In this document: positions 24,155 through 35,272 of the stretch, piece after piece | How the letters are laid out: the number at the start of each line of letters is the position of its first letter | Numbering within the stretch: the stretch's first letter is position 1 | Assembly: GCA_022843285.1 (NCBI GenBank) | Contig: JALHNY010000001.1 | Location: 15,128-79,127 of the forward strand | DNA from: Minisyncoccota bacterium | Lineage (GTDB): Bacteria; Patescibacteriota; Minisyncoccia; UBA6257; 2-01-FULL-56-20 | Direction of reading: 5' to 3' | DNA: 64,000 bases | Notes under the pieces: model-generated | Database searches by the model: none | What the model saw: only the letters and a program-made list of their open reading frames with translations | Told to the model about the DNA's origin: nothing | Program-made: the position numbers and the translations under genes

Positions 24155-24181
24155 GAGAACCCGGCAATTGCCGGGTTCTCT
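24154..24181. terminator. bidirectional terminator between M16 peptidase (+) and rpmE (-)
   Basis: GAGAACCCGGC-aatt-GCCGGGTTCTC. Confidence 0.65.
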
Positions 24182-24200
24182 CACCAACAGCCCAGGAGAC

Positions 24201-24452
24201 TTACTCCTCGGTCTTCTTGGCGCGTGCCTTCTTTTCCTTCTTCTCAGCCGGTGCCGCAGCCTGGCGGGAGCGGAAGCGCTCCACGCGGCCTGCCGTGTCG
24301 ATGAGCTTCTGCTCACCGGTGAAGTACGGGTGGCACTTCGAGCAGATTTCGACGTTGTACGACTCCTGGGTTCCGCCCACGACGAAGGTGGCGCCGCAGC
24401 CGCAGGTGACGGTCGCCGAGGGGTGGTACGTGGGGTGGATTTCTGCCTTCAT
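24201..24452 (-). CDS. rpmE: 50S ribosomal protein L31
   Basis: MKAEIHPTY..CGCG..CSKCHPYFTGEQK; Lys/Ala-rich tail. Confidence 0.9.
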   Translation of the reverse strand: MKAEIHPTYHPSATVTCGCGATFVVGGTQESYNVEICSKCHPYFTGEQKLIDTAGRVERFRSRQAAAPAEKKEKKARAKKTEE

Positions 24453-24483
24453 AACGGGCGGATACTAACAGTGGTCTCTAGGT

Positions 24484-24511
24484 TTGACAAGGCTTTATCG
24501 CCACGTATACT
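24484..24511 (+). promoter_or_regulatory. rRNA promoter (-35 TTGACA, 16-nt spacer, -10 TATACT)
   Basis: Consensus hexamers about 300 nt upstream of the 16S 5' end. A possible BoxA-like CGTTAAACAA lies near 24688. Confidence 0.6.
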
Positions 24512-24818
24512 CCGTTCTGCACTCTGCCTGCAAGTGAATCCGGCCCCTGGCTGGCACGGACTGGCGGAGCGGTCCTTGAAAGTGCGACATAAGATAGTAA
24601 TCCACCGGAGCACACTGATAGTGCTCCAAACAAAAAAGCTTAGTAGTTGTCTCAATAGCGTCTGACTCCCTGTAACGGGGCGTACGGCGTTAAACAAAAA
24701 CAACTACTCAAAATAAACCTGTTTATTTGAGTGACCCAACGGAGGATGAGCTCTACGCGTACGAACCTCGACCGCGCAAGCGGAGACAAGTACCACGCGA
24801 TACCTTATTTTTCTTTTA

Positions 24819-26412
<1,594 letters not shown>

Positions 26413-26611
26413 TCTTGTAATGAGACCAGGCGTGAGAGAGGTCGGTCACTCCAGAGCACTTCAGTGTGCAACACCAATGGGGGTTCAATAGGCCCCTGCG
26501 GACTGTCTGGTGTGGATCGCTACAGTCGTAGCACCTATTGAGGCAACTACTAAGCTTTTTTACTGGATTGCTATCGGGAAACGCCGTAAAATGTGGTACC
26601 CTTTGCCACGA

Positions 26612-27028
26612 ATGGTCGAATCCCCGAACCTTGCACTCATCGTTGAGGACCAGAAATTTCTGTCCTCAATTTTGAAAGCCCGCCTCGAGCGGGAGGGTGT
26701 TGAAGTGGCCCAAGCTTTTGACGGAGAGGAAGCGATTCGCGTCCTCACCACCACCAAGCCGGGCGTCGTGGTCCTGGATCTCGTCATGCCGAAAACTTCG
26801 GGATTCGAGGTGCTGGAAGCCATCGCGCTCAACCCCCAGCTGAAGGCCATGCCCGTCCTGGTGCTGAGCAACCTCGCCCAGGACGAGGACATCGCCAAGG
26901 TGAAGCAGCTCGGCGCGAAGGAGTACTTCGTGAAAGTGCAAAACCCCGTCGAGACGCTCGTCGCACGCATCAAGAACTACCTGCCCACGCAGGCGCAGGC
27001 ACCCCAACCCGTACCCCTACCCCAATGA
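26612..27028 (+). CDS. single-domain response regulator receiver (CheY-like)
   Basis: Start MVESPNLALIVEDQ; D-box VVLDLVMP; no output domain. Lies about 200 nt downstream of 16S. Confidence 0.75.
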   Translation: MVESPNLALIVEDQKFLSSILKARLEREGVEVAQAFDGEEAIRVLTTTKPGVVVLDLVMPKTSGFEVLEAIALNPQLKAMPVLVLSNLAQDEDIAKVKQLGAKEYFVKVQNPVETLVARIKNYLPTQAQAPQPVPLPQ

Positions 27029-27336
27029 TCTCAGAAGACCTCCGCTCGCAGATCGTAACCGGCGCCAAAGTGCGCGTCTTTGAGGGCAAGGCGAAGAGCC
27101 CCTTCACGGGCCTCGTCATCGCCACCAAGCACGGGAAGGAGGCGGGCGGCACCTTCACGGTGCGCTCCATCGTGGGTGGCGTCGGCGTCGAGAAGGTGCT
27201 CCCGTTCAACTCTCCGAACATCACGAAGGTTGAGGTCGTCAACGCGCCCAAGAACGTGCACAAGTCCAAGCTGTACTACGTGCGAGACATGAGCGGATCC
27301 ACCATCCGCAAGCGCCTCGGGGCATCGCTCTCGTAG
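27025..27336 (+). CDS. rplS: 50S ribosomal protein L19
   Basis: FTVRSIVGGVGVEKVLPFNSP..KLYYVRD matches L19. Confidence 0.9.
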   Translation: MISEDLRSQIVTGAKVRVFEGKAKSPFTGLVIATKHGKEAGGTFTVRSIVGGVGVEKVLPFNSPNITKVEVVNAPKNVHKSKLYYVRDMSGSTIRKRLGASLS

Positions 27337-27353
27337 CCATTGCACCGCTGACA

Positions 27354-27380
27354 AAGGGCTCGTACACTGTGCGAGCCCTT
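27354..27380 (+). terminator. hairpin after rplS
   Basis: AAAGGGCTCG-tacactgtg-CGAGCCCTTT. Confidence 0.5.
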
Positions 27381-27382
27381 TG

Positions 27383-27468
27383 CGCAGGTGGTGAAACTGG
27401 TAGACACGCCATCTTGAGGGGGTGGTCCCGATTTCGGGGTGGAGGTTCAAGTCCTCTCCTGCGCACCA
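27383..27468 (+). tRNA. tRNA-Leu (anticodon GAG), encoded CCA
   Basis: Cloverleaf with a long variable arm, anticodon loop TTGAGGG, T-loop GGTTCAAGTCC, and acceptor GCGCAGG/CTGCGC followed by ACCA. Confidence 0.9.
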
Positions 27469-27516
27469 GACCGGAAGAGGCAGCCCAGCGGCTGCCTCTT
27501 CCTACGCCCGTGGTAC

Positions 27517-27544
27517 TTGCAAAAATAATGAAAAGTGGTATAAT
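27517..27544 (+). promoter_or_regulatory. sigma70-like promoter with extended -10 (TTGCAA, 16-nt spacer, TGgTATAAT)
   Basis: Same AAGTGGTATAATG core as the promoter at 6738-6765. Confidence 0.5.
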
Positions 27545-27607
27545 GGGGGCAAGTGCGAGAGCACCGAAAGTTTAAAAACTAAATAAATCTTTGGGAGAAG
27601 AAAAAAA

Positions 27608-28861
27608 GTGATCAAAAACTTTATTTTTACGGTTGCCATCGGCATGGCAATCACGGCAATCAACGTCTTCGGACAATCGGACCCGTTTACGGGATGGAAC
27701 TGCACTTCGGTAGCGACCAACGGCGGGTACTGCACCCGCACGCTCGCCGCCAACGACATCGGCTGGAACTTCGCCGGCACGCTCTTCAACGACAACCGTC
27801 TCTGGACGCGATTCGTTGACGACAACCCGGACAAGGTGAAGGTCTTTGAGCGCAACGGCAAGACCATTCTGCAGTGGCGCGAGGGTGAAGAAATTCGCAT
27901 CCGCCGCACGGATCTGGCTGCCATAGCAAACGGAACGGCGACGATGCCCGCGGCACCGGCAACGGTCGGCGTGGAAATTGTCGCAGCAGAGTCGTGGTGG
28001 CAATCGCCGTGGTCTCTCGTTTACTACCTCGTCGGTCTTCTGACCCTGAGCGCGCTGGCGATCCTCGCCATGCTCGCCCTGGCAGCACTCGAGCGGTTCC
28101 GGCGCAGCAGCGCGAACAGACCTGCGGACATCGGACCGGGATTCCGTCCCACCGATGCGCGCACCATGTTCAACATGCCGCCCCGGACGCGCGAGGTCGT
28201 GAACCACTACGGTTCCACCCTGATGCCCGGCGGGTTCGACGTGATCTACCAGGTCACCGTCGAAAACGGCACGTTCCCGACGCGATACAGCGACGGGCGC
28301 GACCGGACCGCGTTCGCAAACGGTGACAACCTGCTCTTCGGGGTCAAACTCGACGAGCAGGGGAACATCGAGCAGGTCGTCCCGGCATGGCAGATGTGCT
28401 TCAACCCGCTCGCGCGCCTCACGGCGGAATCGGCTCAGCAGCTGCTGCAGTCCAACCCGACGTTCGCCAACCCGACGGTGCTGCACACCCGCAAGGGCAA
28501 GACGGCACCGGCGTGGGAAGCGGTTGAAGCCTTCTGGCGCAACACCGTCCAGGTCGTTGCACAGCCGGCAACCGAGGAAGTCGCAGCGGATCAGACCGCA
28601 GCGGCGAACCCGGTGGCAGCCGACTCTCTCAATTCGGTGGTGAACCTGACGGAGCAGGGGCTCATGCTGAAGGGCAGAATCAATTTGCCCGACGGAATGA
28701 CCCTGGACACGGGTGACCAGTTCGTCAGCATGACGGGACTCGGCACCCTCCAGAAGGACGGCACCACCATCACCGTCTCGGCTCACAGCATCACGGATCC
28801 GGTCCACGAGACCCCCGGCGGTGAGACCGAAGACAAGACGAACGCAGCCAATGCGTCCTAA
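27608..28861 (+). CDS. hypothetical secreted/membrane protein (signal peptide, one internal TM helix)
   Basis: GTG start after GGGAGA; N-terminal signal peptide MIKNFIFTVAIGMAITAINVFGQ; moderately lower GC. Confidence 0.55.
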   Translation: MIKNFIFTVAIGMAITAINVFGQSDPFTGWNCTSVATNGGYCTRTLAANDIGWNFAGTLFNDNRLWTRFVDDNPDKVKVFERNGKTILQWREGEEIRIRRTDLAAIANGTATMPAAPATVGVEIVAAESWWQSPWSLVYYLVGLLTLSALAILAMLALAALERFRRSSANRPADIGPGFRPTDARTMFNMPPRTREVVNHYGSTLMPGGFDVIYQVTVENGTFPTRYSDGRDRTAFANGDNLLFGVKLDEQGNIEQVVPAWQMCFNPLARLTAESAQQLLQSNPTFANPTVLHTRKGKTAPAWEAVEAFWRNTVQVVAQPATEEVAADQTAAANPVAADSLNSVVNLTEQGLMLKGRINLPDGMTLDTGDQFVSMTGLGTLQKDGTTITVSAHSITDPVHETPGGETEDKTNAANAS

Positions 28862-28885
28862 CAGGAAAGTTTGGCAAAAGAAATT

Positions 28886-28910
28886 GGGACCCTCCGGGGT
28901 CCCGTTTTTT
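28886..28910. terminator. bidirectional terminator between convergent genes
   Basis: GGGACCC-tccg-GGGTCCC followed by TTTTTT. Confidence 0.7.
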
Positions 28911-29748
28911 ACTTCTGCACCATGCGCACGTCCATGCGGGCGTACGCCAGCTGGATGTCCTCCTCCTGGCGGATGGCGTCCAGGATGCCCTCGCTGATTT
29001 CGCTCGCCACGCGGTTCGCCGCGCGCACCTTCACGTCGTAGCGGATCTCCATGAGCACGCCATTGTCCGTGAGCTTCACGCGGGTGTGCGCCCTCGAGTC
29101 CGCACCGGACACGCTGCTCGCGACCTCCTCGGCAATTTCGCGGGCGCGCTTCACGTTGCTGTCGTACGTGACCGTGAGCTCCACCTCGCCGAGCACCGTG
29201 TCCTCGCCGTCGCCGTAGCGGGTGACGGGCAGCTCGAAGATGACGTTGTTCGGGACGAGAATCGTGCGCCCGGAGACGTCCTCGGCTCCGTACCTGCCGA
29301 CCTCCGCGAGCGAGATGTGCGTGAGGGTCACGTCCAAGACGTCGCCGCGGGCGATGGTGCCGATCACGATGCGGTCTCCGATGCCGAACGGGCGCTTCAC
29401 GAGGATGGTGAACCAGGCTGCGACGGACGCGGCGGGTCGCTGCAGGGCGAAACCGGCTGCCGCGGCCATGACGCCGAGCGAGACGCCGAGTCCGGTCCAG
29501 GAGCCGCTGTAGCTGAAGGCTCCCACGAGAATGACGAGAGCAATGAAGATGTAGCGAAAGATGCGAATTGCCTGGCGCACGTGCACGGCGCTCCGGCGCT
29601 TGCTGGACTGGGCGCCAGCCGTGCGTTCCACCAGCGACAGGACCAGGTTGCCCAGCACGAGCACGAAGATGAGCGGCATCACGACCGCGGTGATCCTGAG
29701 CAGGGACTCGACGGGGATGCGGTCCAGGTAGCTCGTGAAGCTCTCCAT
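28909..29748 (-). CDS. mscS: small-conductance mechanosensitive channel (MscS family)
   Basis: Three N-terminal TM helices followed by the MscS beta-domain (GDRIVIGTIARGDVLDVTLTHISL). Confidence 0.85.
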   Translation of the reverse strand: MESFTSYLDRIPVESLLRITAVVMPLIFVLVLGNLVLSLVERTAGAQSSKRRSAVHVRQAIRIFRYIFIALVILVGAFSYSGSWTGLGVSLGVMAAAAGFALQRPAASVAAWFTILVKRPFGIGDRIVIGTIARGDVLDVTLTHISLAEVGRYGAEDVSGRTILVPNNVIFELPVTRYGDGEDTVLGEVELTVTYDSNVKRAREIAEEVASSVSGADSRAHTRVKLTDNGVLMEIRYDVKVRAANRVASEISEGILDAIRQEEDIQLAYARMDVRMVQK

Positions 29749-29791
29749 GCGGCCTAGTGTACCACCGCTGGGGCACTGCTACACTCTCCGC

Positions 29792-30391
29792 GTGCACCGC
29801 ATCGGCATAGACGAGGTGGGCCGCGGGCCGCTCGCGGGTCCCGTGGTGGTCGCCGCGGTTGCCGTTCCGCGCGGCTTCCGCCTCCCGAAAGACCTGGGCC
29901 CGCTCCGCGACTCGAAGAGGCTCACGAAGCTCGCGCGAGAGCGCTGGGCGCGGTGGATCCGCGCCAACCTGCCCCACGCCATCTCGCGCAGCTCTGCCGC
30001 CACGATCGACGCGCGGGGGATTGCCCGCTGCGCGAACGCGTGCGCGCTGCGCGCGTACCGCAAGCTCGCGGATGAGGTGGGGGAGGCACCGGTGCGCCTG
30101 GACGGCGGTCTGTACCTGGGATCCAGGGCCAAGCAGCTCGCCGATTTCCCGCGCGCCTCGACCTTCCCGCGCGCCGATGAGGACCACGCCGAGGTGGCGC
30201 TCGCGTCCATCATTGCCAAGGTGACGCGAGACCGAATCCTCGCCCGCTACGACCGCGAGCACCCCGGGTACGGGTTCTCGGAGCACGCCGGGTACGGGAC
30301 GAAGGCGCACTACGCAGCCCTGAAAAAGCTGGGCCCGAGCCCGGTTCACCGGTTGACCTTTCTGGGGTCCCTCGGTACTATGGGCCGGTAA
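29792..30391 (+). CDS. rnhB: ribonuclease HII
   Basis: GIDEVGRGPLAGPVVVAAV catalytic motif. Probable GTG start at about 29792; the ORF-track ATG at 29735 would overlap mscS. Confidence 0.8.
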   Translation: MHRIGIDEVGRGPLAGPVVVAAVAVPRGFRLPKDLGPLRDSKRLTKLARERWARWIRANLPHAISRSSAATIDARGIARCANACALRAYRKLADEVGEAPVRLDGGLYLGSRAKQLADFPRASTFPRADEDHAEVALASIIAKVTRDRILARYDREHPGYGFSEHAGYGTKAHYAALKKLGPSPVHRLTFLGSLGTMGR

Positions 30392-30400
30392 TTCACTGCC

Positions 30401-30784
30401 ATGGGAGGAGTACCAGTCAAACACCACACGAAGGGCAAGGTTGGCCGCCGGCGTTCTCACCACGCCCTGAAGCCGACGAACCTGCTCGCCTGCACCGAGT
30501 GCAAGGCGCCGGTTCTGGCGCACCGCGTGTGCGGCAACTGCGGCACGCTCCAGACCCGCTCCACCCGCGCCGCTGCACCTCAGGTGAAGCACGAGAAGGT
30601 GGCAAAGGCTGCGCCCGCTGCTGCCCCCGTAGAGGAGGCGAGCGAGGCTCCGGCCGAAGAGGTTGAGGCAGCTGAGCCCGAGGCCGCAGGGGAAGAGGCA
30701 GCAGCTCCTGAGGCCGAGGAGGCCGCCGGCGCAGAGGATTCTGCCGAGCCCGAGGCCGAGAAGGAAGGCGAGGAGCGCACGTAG
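30401..30784 (+). CDS. rpmF: 50S ribosomal protein L32 with long Ala/Glu-rich C-terminal extension
   Basis: N-terminus KGKVGRRRSHHALK plus a CxxC..CxxC zinc ribbon, then about 65 aa of A/E/P low-complexity sequence. Confidence 0.8.
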   Translation: MGGVPVKHHTKGKVGRRRSHHALKPTNLLACTECKAPVLAHRVCGNCGTLQTRSTRAAAPQVKHEKVAKAAPAAAPVEEASEAPAEEVEAAEPEAAGEEAAAPEAEEAAGAEDSAEPEAEKEGEERT

Positions 30785-30829
30785 CGCCCGCCGCTCCGCG
30801 GAGCACAGACCAGCACCTTCCCTCAACTC

Positions 30830-31294
30830 ATGGCAACCCGACACCTCATCCGCAGTGTCATCCTCCAGTCCCTCTACGAGTGGGACTTCTACGGCCGCTC
30901 CGGCGATCTCGCGAAGATTCTGGATCGCAACCTCGAGGAGTTCGCGCCGGGCATCGATGAGCCCGAGTTCGCGTGGAAGATTCTCCAGCGCATCGTCGAG
31001 CACCTCGCCGAGCTGGACCAGATGATCACCGAGCTCGCACCCGAGTGGCCGCTGGACAAGATTGCGATCATAGACCGCAACATTCTGCGCATCGGGCTCT
31101 CCGAGCTGCTGTACGCGGACCACAACGAGGTGCCCCCGAAGGTTGCCATTAACGAGTCCATCGAGATGGCGAAGGGCTTCGGCGGCCAGAGCTCGCCCCG
31201 CTTCATCAACGGCGTCCTCGGCACGGTGTACCGGGACCGCATCGCGCCCCACGAGGCAGCACCCGCCGCCGCAGACACCCACCAGTCCGCCTAG
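30830..31294 (+). CDS. nusB: transcription antitermination factor NusB
   Basis: RSVILQSLYEWDF.. and the length match the NusB fold. Confidence 0.85.
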   Translation: MATRHLIRSVILQSLYEWDFYGRSGDLAKILDRNLEEFAPGIDEPEFAWKILQRIVEHLAELDQMITELAPEWPLDKIAIIDRNILRIGLSELLYADHNEVPPKVAINESIEMAKGFGGQSSPRFINGVLGTVYRDRIAPHEAAPAAADTHQSA

Positions 31295-31297
31295 CGC

Positions 31298-31996
31298 ATG
31301 GCGGACTCTGCGAGCCTCGACAAACTCGAAGCGGCGCTGGGCGTCTCCTTCAGGGACCGCGCGCTCCTCAGGGAGGCCCTCACGCACCGCTCGTACCTCA
31401 ACGAGAACCCCACGTGGTCCGCGCGCCACAACGAGCGCCTCGAGTACCTCGGCGACGCCGTCCTCGAGCTCGCCATCTCCGAGGCCCTGTACCGCGACCA
31501 CCCGGACGCGGACGAGGGCGAGCTGACCGCCGTGCGCGCCGCGCTGGTGAACTACCAGTCCCTCGCGAGGCTCGCCGAGCAGCTCGGGCTCGGCTCGCAC
31601 ATCCGCATGAGCCGCGGCGAGGCGCGGGACAAGGGCCGCGCGCGGGAGGTCATCATGGCCAACGCCATGGAGGCGGTCATCGGCGCGATGTACCTCGATG
31701 CCGGCATCGAGCCGGTAGCCGAGCTCGCCGGGGTACACCTCGTCTCGCGCGCTGGAGACATTCTCGCCACGAAGTCGTACAAGGATCCCAAGAGCGCGCT
31801 CCAGGAGATCGTGCAGGAGCGAGACCGCGTCACACCGACGTACCGGGTCATCAGTGAGGAGGGACCCGCCCACCAGCGCACCTTCACGGTAGGCGTGTAC
31901 GTGGGCCCCAAGCAGGTTGCCGAGGGCACGGGCCCGAGCAAGCAGGAGGCAGAGGTCGAGGCGGCGTCGCGCGCGCTAGCCGCGCACCAGGGCTGA
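31298..31996 (+). CDS. rnc: ribonuclease III
   Basis: RNase III signature ERLEYLGDAVLELAISEALY plus a C-terminal dsRBD. Confidence 0.9.
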   Translation: MADSASLDKLEAALGVSFRDRALLREALTHRSYLNENPTWSARHNERLEYLGDAVLELAISEALYRDHPDADEGELTAVRAALVNYQSLARLAEQLGLGSHIRMSRGEARDKGRAREVIMANAMEAVIGAMYLDAGIEPVAELAGVHLVSRAGDILATKSYKDPKSALQEIVQERDRVTPTYRVISEEGPAHQRTFTVGVYVGPKQVAEGTGPSKQEAEVEAASRALAAHQG

Positions 31997-34119
31997 TGCC
32001 GCACCTGCTGCGCCGCATCGAGCTGTCCGGCTTCAAGTCCTTCGCGAGCAGGACGGTCATCGACCTGCCGCGCGGCATCACGGCCATCGTCGGCCCCAAC
32101 GGCTCGGGCAAGAGCAACGTGGTGGACGCCGTCCGCTGGCTCCTCGGCGAGCGCGACGCCAAGCACCTCCGCGGCGGCACCGTGGACGACCTGATCTTCG
32201 CGGGCACGCCCAAGCGCGCGCGCGTGGGGCAGGCGAGCGCCAGCTTCACCTTCGACAACTCGTCCGGCGTCCTCGCCGTCGACGCACCCGAGGTCGTCCT
32301 CAGCCGCCAGGTGAGCCGGGACGGCACGAGCCGCTACTTCATCAACAAGCAGGAGGTGCTCCTCCGCGACCTCGTGGACGTCATGGCCAGGGCACGCCTC
32401 GGCGCGAGGGGGCTGACCGTCGTGAGCCAGGGCAACAGCGACGTCTTCGTGCAGGCACCGCCGGCGAAGCGCCGCGAGATGGTGGAGGAGCTCCTCGGGC
32501 TGCGCGAGTTCCAGCTCAAGAAGCGCGACGCGGAGCGCCGGCTGAAAGCTGCCGAGGCCAACCTCGCGCAGGTGCACGCGCTCACCGCCGAGCTCGAGCC
32601 GCAGCTGCGCATGCTCCGCCGGCAGGTCGGCCGCTTCGAGCGCCGCGATGGCATCGCCGCCGAGCTCCGCGCCGCCGAGGACGAGCTGTACGGCTCGCAG
32701 CTGTCCGCAGCCAGGCGCGAGCTCTCCTCCGCCACCGCCGAGCTCGCGGACCTCGAGGCGCAGCGCCCGGGCTTGGAGCGCGCGCGCGACGGGGCCATTG
32801 CCGCGCGCCAAGAGGTGGAAGATCGATCGCCGGTAGAGCGCGAGGAGCTGGCCCGCGTGCAGTCCGAGCTCGTCCGCGCGCTCTCCGCGGAGAGCGAGGT
32901 GCAGAAGCTCGCGGGCCGCACGGAAGCCCGCCTCGAGATGCTCGTGGCGCGCGCGGCAGCCCCCGAAGAGCTGGACCGCGCCGCCCTCTTCGACCTGCTC
33001 CGCGCGGCGCAGGACGAGATAGACAGCCTCGTCGCGTCGCGGGACTCGAGCTCCGTGTTCGATCGCCTGCGCGGCTTGGCTGAGCGCATCAGAGTCGCGT
33101 TCACCGGAAAAGCCGCGGGCGAAGACCCCGAGGCGGCCGGGCTGCGCGAGGAGCTCGTGGGGCACCGCGCGAAGCTAGCCGATCTCGCGGAGCAGGCCCG
33201 CGCGCTGCGCACCAGGGCCGACGAGCTCGAGGCGAGCCAGGCCACGTTCTACGAGGCGTTCCGCGCCGCATCGCTGGCGCTCGACCAGGCGCACCTCGCG
33301 CTCGAGTCCTGGCGCGGCAAGGTAGCCGCTGCGGAGTCCAGGCGCGAGCGCGCCGAGCTCGCCCGCGCGAACGTGCTCCAGGCGCTGGAGCACGCCACCC
33401 GTGACGAGGCGTCCCTGCCGGATGTGGCGCACGCCCTCTCGCACGAGGACGTCACGCGGCTCGAGCGGCAGGTGTTCCGCCTCCGCGGCGAGCTCGCGGC
33501 AATCGGCGACGTCGACGAGCAGATGATCGCGGACGCGCGCTCCACGGAGGAGCGGTACCAGCAGCTCACGGCGGAAGCCGCCGAGCTCGAGTCCGCACGT
33601 GCGGACCTGGTCGAGCTCGCAGCCGACCTGGACCGCCGCATCACCCGCGAATTCTCCGACGCCATCTCGTCCATCTCCGATGAGTTCAGCAAGCTGTTCG
33701 CCTCGATGTTCGGCGGGGGAGCGGCGCGCCTCGTGCCCGTCTCCGCGAAGGGCACCAGCGATGACGGGGACGAGGAGGCGGACGCGACCGGCATCGAGAT
33801 CGAGGTGCAGCTCCCGAAGAAGCGCGCGAGCAGCCTCGAGGTGCTCTCCGGCGGGGAGCGCAGCCTCGTGGGTCTCGCCGCGCTGTTCGCGCTCGTGTCC
33901 GTATCGCCGCCGCCGTTTCTGGTGCTCGACGAGGTGGACGCCCCACTCGACGAGCGGAACGCGCGCCGGTTCGGCGAGCTGCTGCGCAGCTTCGCGCACG
34001 AGACGCAGTTCGTGATCGTGACGCACAACCGCGCGACGATGGAGGCAGCCGACGTGCTCTACGGGGTGACGCTCGAGGCGGACGGGGGATCGAAGGTGGT
34101 GAGCCTCAAGATTGCGTAG
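31996..34119 (+). CDS. smc: SMC-like chromosome-partition ATPase, shortened (707 aa), no recognisable hinge
   Basis: Walker A GPNGSGKSN, long coiled-coil, signature LSGGERSLVGLA, Walker B LVLDEVDAPLD. Position rnc-smc is conserved. Confidence 0.75.
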   Translation: MPHLLRRIELSGFKSFASRTVIDLPRGITAIVGPNGSGKSNVVDAVRWLLGERDAKHLRGGTVDDLIFAGTPKRARVGQASASFTFDNSSGVLAVDAPEVVLSRQVSRDGTSRYFINKQEVLLRDLVDVMARARLGARGLTVVSQGNSDVFVQAPPAKRREMVEELLGLREFQLKKRDAERRLKAAEANLAQVHALTAELEPQLRMLRRQVGRFERRDGIAAELRAAEDELYGSQLSAARRELSSATAELADLEAQRPGLERARDGAIAARQEVEDRSPVEREELARVQSELVRALSAESEVQKLAGRTEARLEMLVARAAAPEELDRAALFDLLRAAQDEIDSLVASRDSSSVFDRLRGLAERIRVAFTGKAAGEDPEAAGLREELVGHRAKLADLAEQARALRTRADELEASQATFYEAFRAASLALDQAHLALESWRGKVAAAESRRERAELARANVLQALEHATRDEASLPDVAHALSHEDVTRLERQVFRLRGELAAIGDVDEQMIADARSTEERYQQLTAEAAELESARADLVELAADLDRRITREFSDAISSISDEFSKLFASMFGGGAARLVPVSAKGTSDDGDEEADATGIEIEVQLPKKRASSLEVLSGGERSLVGLAALFALVSVSPPPFLVLDEVDAPLDERNARRFGELLRSFAHETQFVIVTHNRATMEAADVLYGVTLEADGGSKVVSLKIA

Positions 34120-34197
34120 CGCTTGACGAGCCTGCCCTGGCTGCGCCTTAATGAGCGCAGTGCTTCGGCATTAAAACTAAAAACAGGGAGGAGACGT

Positions 34198-34698
34198 ATG
34201 AACAAGATACTTCTCGTGATTGCCGTGGCGCTCTGCGCCGCGTGTGGCGTGAGCCACGAGCCGCCTGCTCAGGCGCACTACCTCGTGGAGACGGAGCCGG
34301 CGGTGGTCATGCCCGATCCGGAAACCTTCTACGAGCTTTTACCCGTCACCGATCTCCCGGAGAACGACTTCGTCATTCTCTGCGGCGATTACTTCCAGGA
34401 GGCGACCGATGGAAGGAACACGCTCGTCGGGTTCATCTACGCCCTCAGTCCTTCGCAGACCGGGCAGCTGGTGTTCCTGCCGCGCTCGATGCGCCTCGTC
34501 CGCGACGACTCGCTCGCCGTTCCGCGGGCTCGGATAGACATGCTCAGCTCTCCCATGGTGGAGGTAAAAATGAGCAAGCAGTCGTACGATGCCGCGCCCT
34601 GCCTGAGGAAGACCGTGCTCGAGTCTCCCAAGGGCAAGCCCATCCCCCCGAAAGCCCCGGATCTCGAGGCTATCAAGAAACTCGCCCAGGACGCCTAG
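34198..34698 (+). CDS. putative lipoprotein
   Basis: SD GGAGG; signal peptide with a lipobox (VALCAAC G). Confidence 0.6.
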   Translation: MNKILLVIAVALCAACGVSHEPPAQAHYLVETEPAVVMPDPETFYELLPVTDLPENDFVILCGDYFQEATDGRNTLVGFIYALSPSQTGQLVFLPRSMRLVRDDSLAVPRARIDMLSSPMVEVKMSKQSYDAAPCLRKTVLESPKGKPIPPKAPDLEAIKKLAQDA

Positions 34699-34768
34699 AT
34701 TTCCTAGGCTTCTGACACCGGAAGCCCTTGCAATAGCAGGGGCTTTCTTGTACTGTTGCCCGGCAAAC

Positions 34769-35272
34769 ATGCTGTCCATCAAGCTCCAGCGCATCGGACG
34801 TCGGCACCAGCCCAGCTACCGGGTCGTGGTCGCCGAGTCTCGCTCCAAGCTCATCGCTCCTCCCGTTGAGGACCTCGGCTCGTACAACCCCTTCACGAAG
34901 GCTTTCGCCGTGAAGGGTGACCGCGTCACGTACTGGATCAGCAAGGGCGCACAGGCGACCGATTCGGTTCACAACCTGCTCGCCAAGAACGGCATCGTCT
35001 CGGAGAAGCCCCGCAAGCTCGCCATGCCGCCGAAGGACCTCGAGAAGATTGCTGCAGCCGAAGCTGCAGCAGCCGAGAAGGCCGCAGCGGCAGCTGCGCG
35101 CGCAGCAGAGGCAGAGGCTGCAGCCGCAGCTCCTGCGGAAGAGGCTGCCGAGGCTCCCGTAGAGGAGGCAGCCGCAGAGGATCCTGCCGAAGCCCCCGCC
35201 GAGGAACAGGCGGCAGCTGCCGAGGAGCCCACGGAAGAGGCTCCCGCAGAGGAGGAAAAGACCGAGGCCTAG
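34769..35272 (+). CDS. rpsP: 30S ribosomal protein S16 with Ala/Glu-rich C-terminal extension
   Basis: MLSIKLQRIGRRHQPSYRVVVAESRSK matches the S16 N-terminus, followed by about 80 aa of A/E-rich tail. Confidence 0.85.
   Translation: MLSIKLQRIGRRHQPSYRVVVAESRSKLIAPPVEDLGSYNPFTKAFAVKGDRVTYWISKGAQATDSVHNLLAKNGIVSEKPRKLAMPPKDLEKIAAAEAAAAEKAAAAAARAAEAEAAAAAPAEEAAEAPVEEAAAEDPAEAPAEEQAAAAEEPTEEAPAEEEKTEA

Noticed and set aside
21036-24316. 430-aa and 519-aa minus-strand ORFs
   Set aside because: They are antisense to the sensor kinase and the M16 peptidase respectively, and have no homology.
26413-27382. Expected 16S-23S spacer tRNAs, 23S and 5S genes downstream of 16S
   Set aside because: None is present; the sequence encodes a response regulator and rplS instead.
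27572-31873. 1,433-aa minus-strand ORF spanning several genes
   Set aside because: It is antisense to at least seven well-supported plus-strand genes (secreted protein, rnhB, rpmF, nusB, rnc and others) and to the real minus-strand mscS in another frame. Its composition is Arg/Gly/Ala-rich, typical of GC-driven spurious ORFs.
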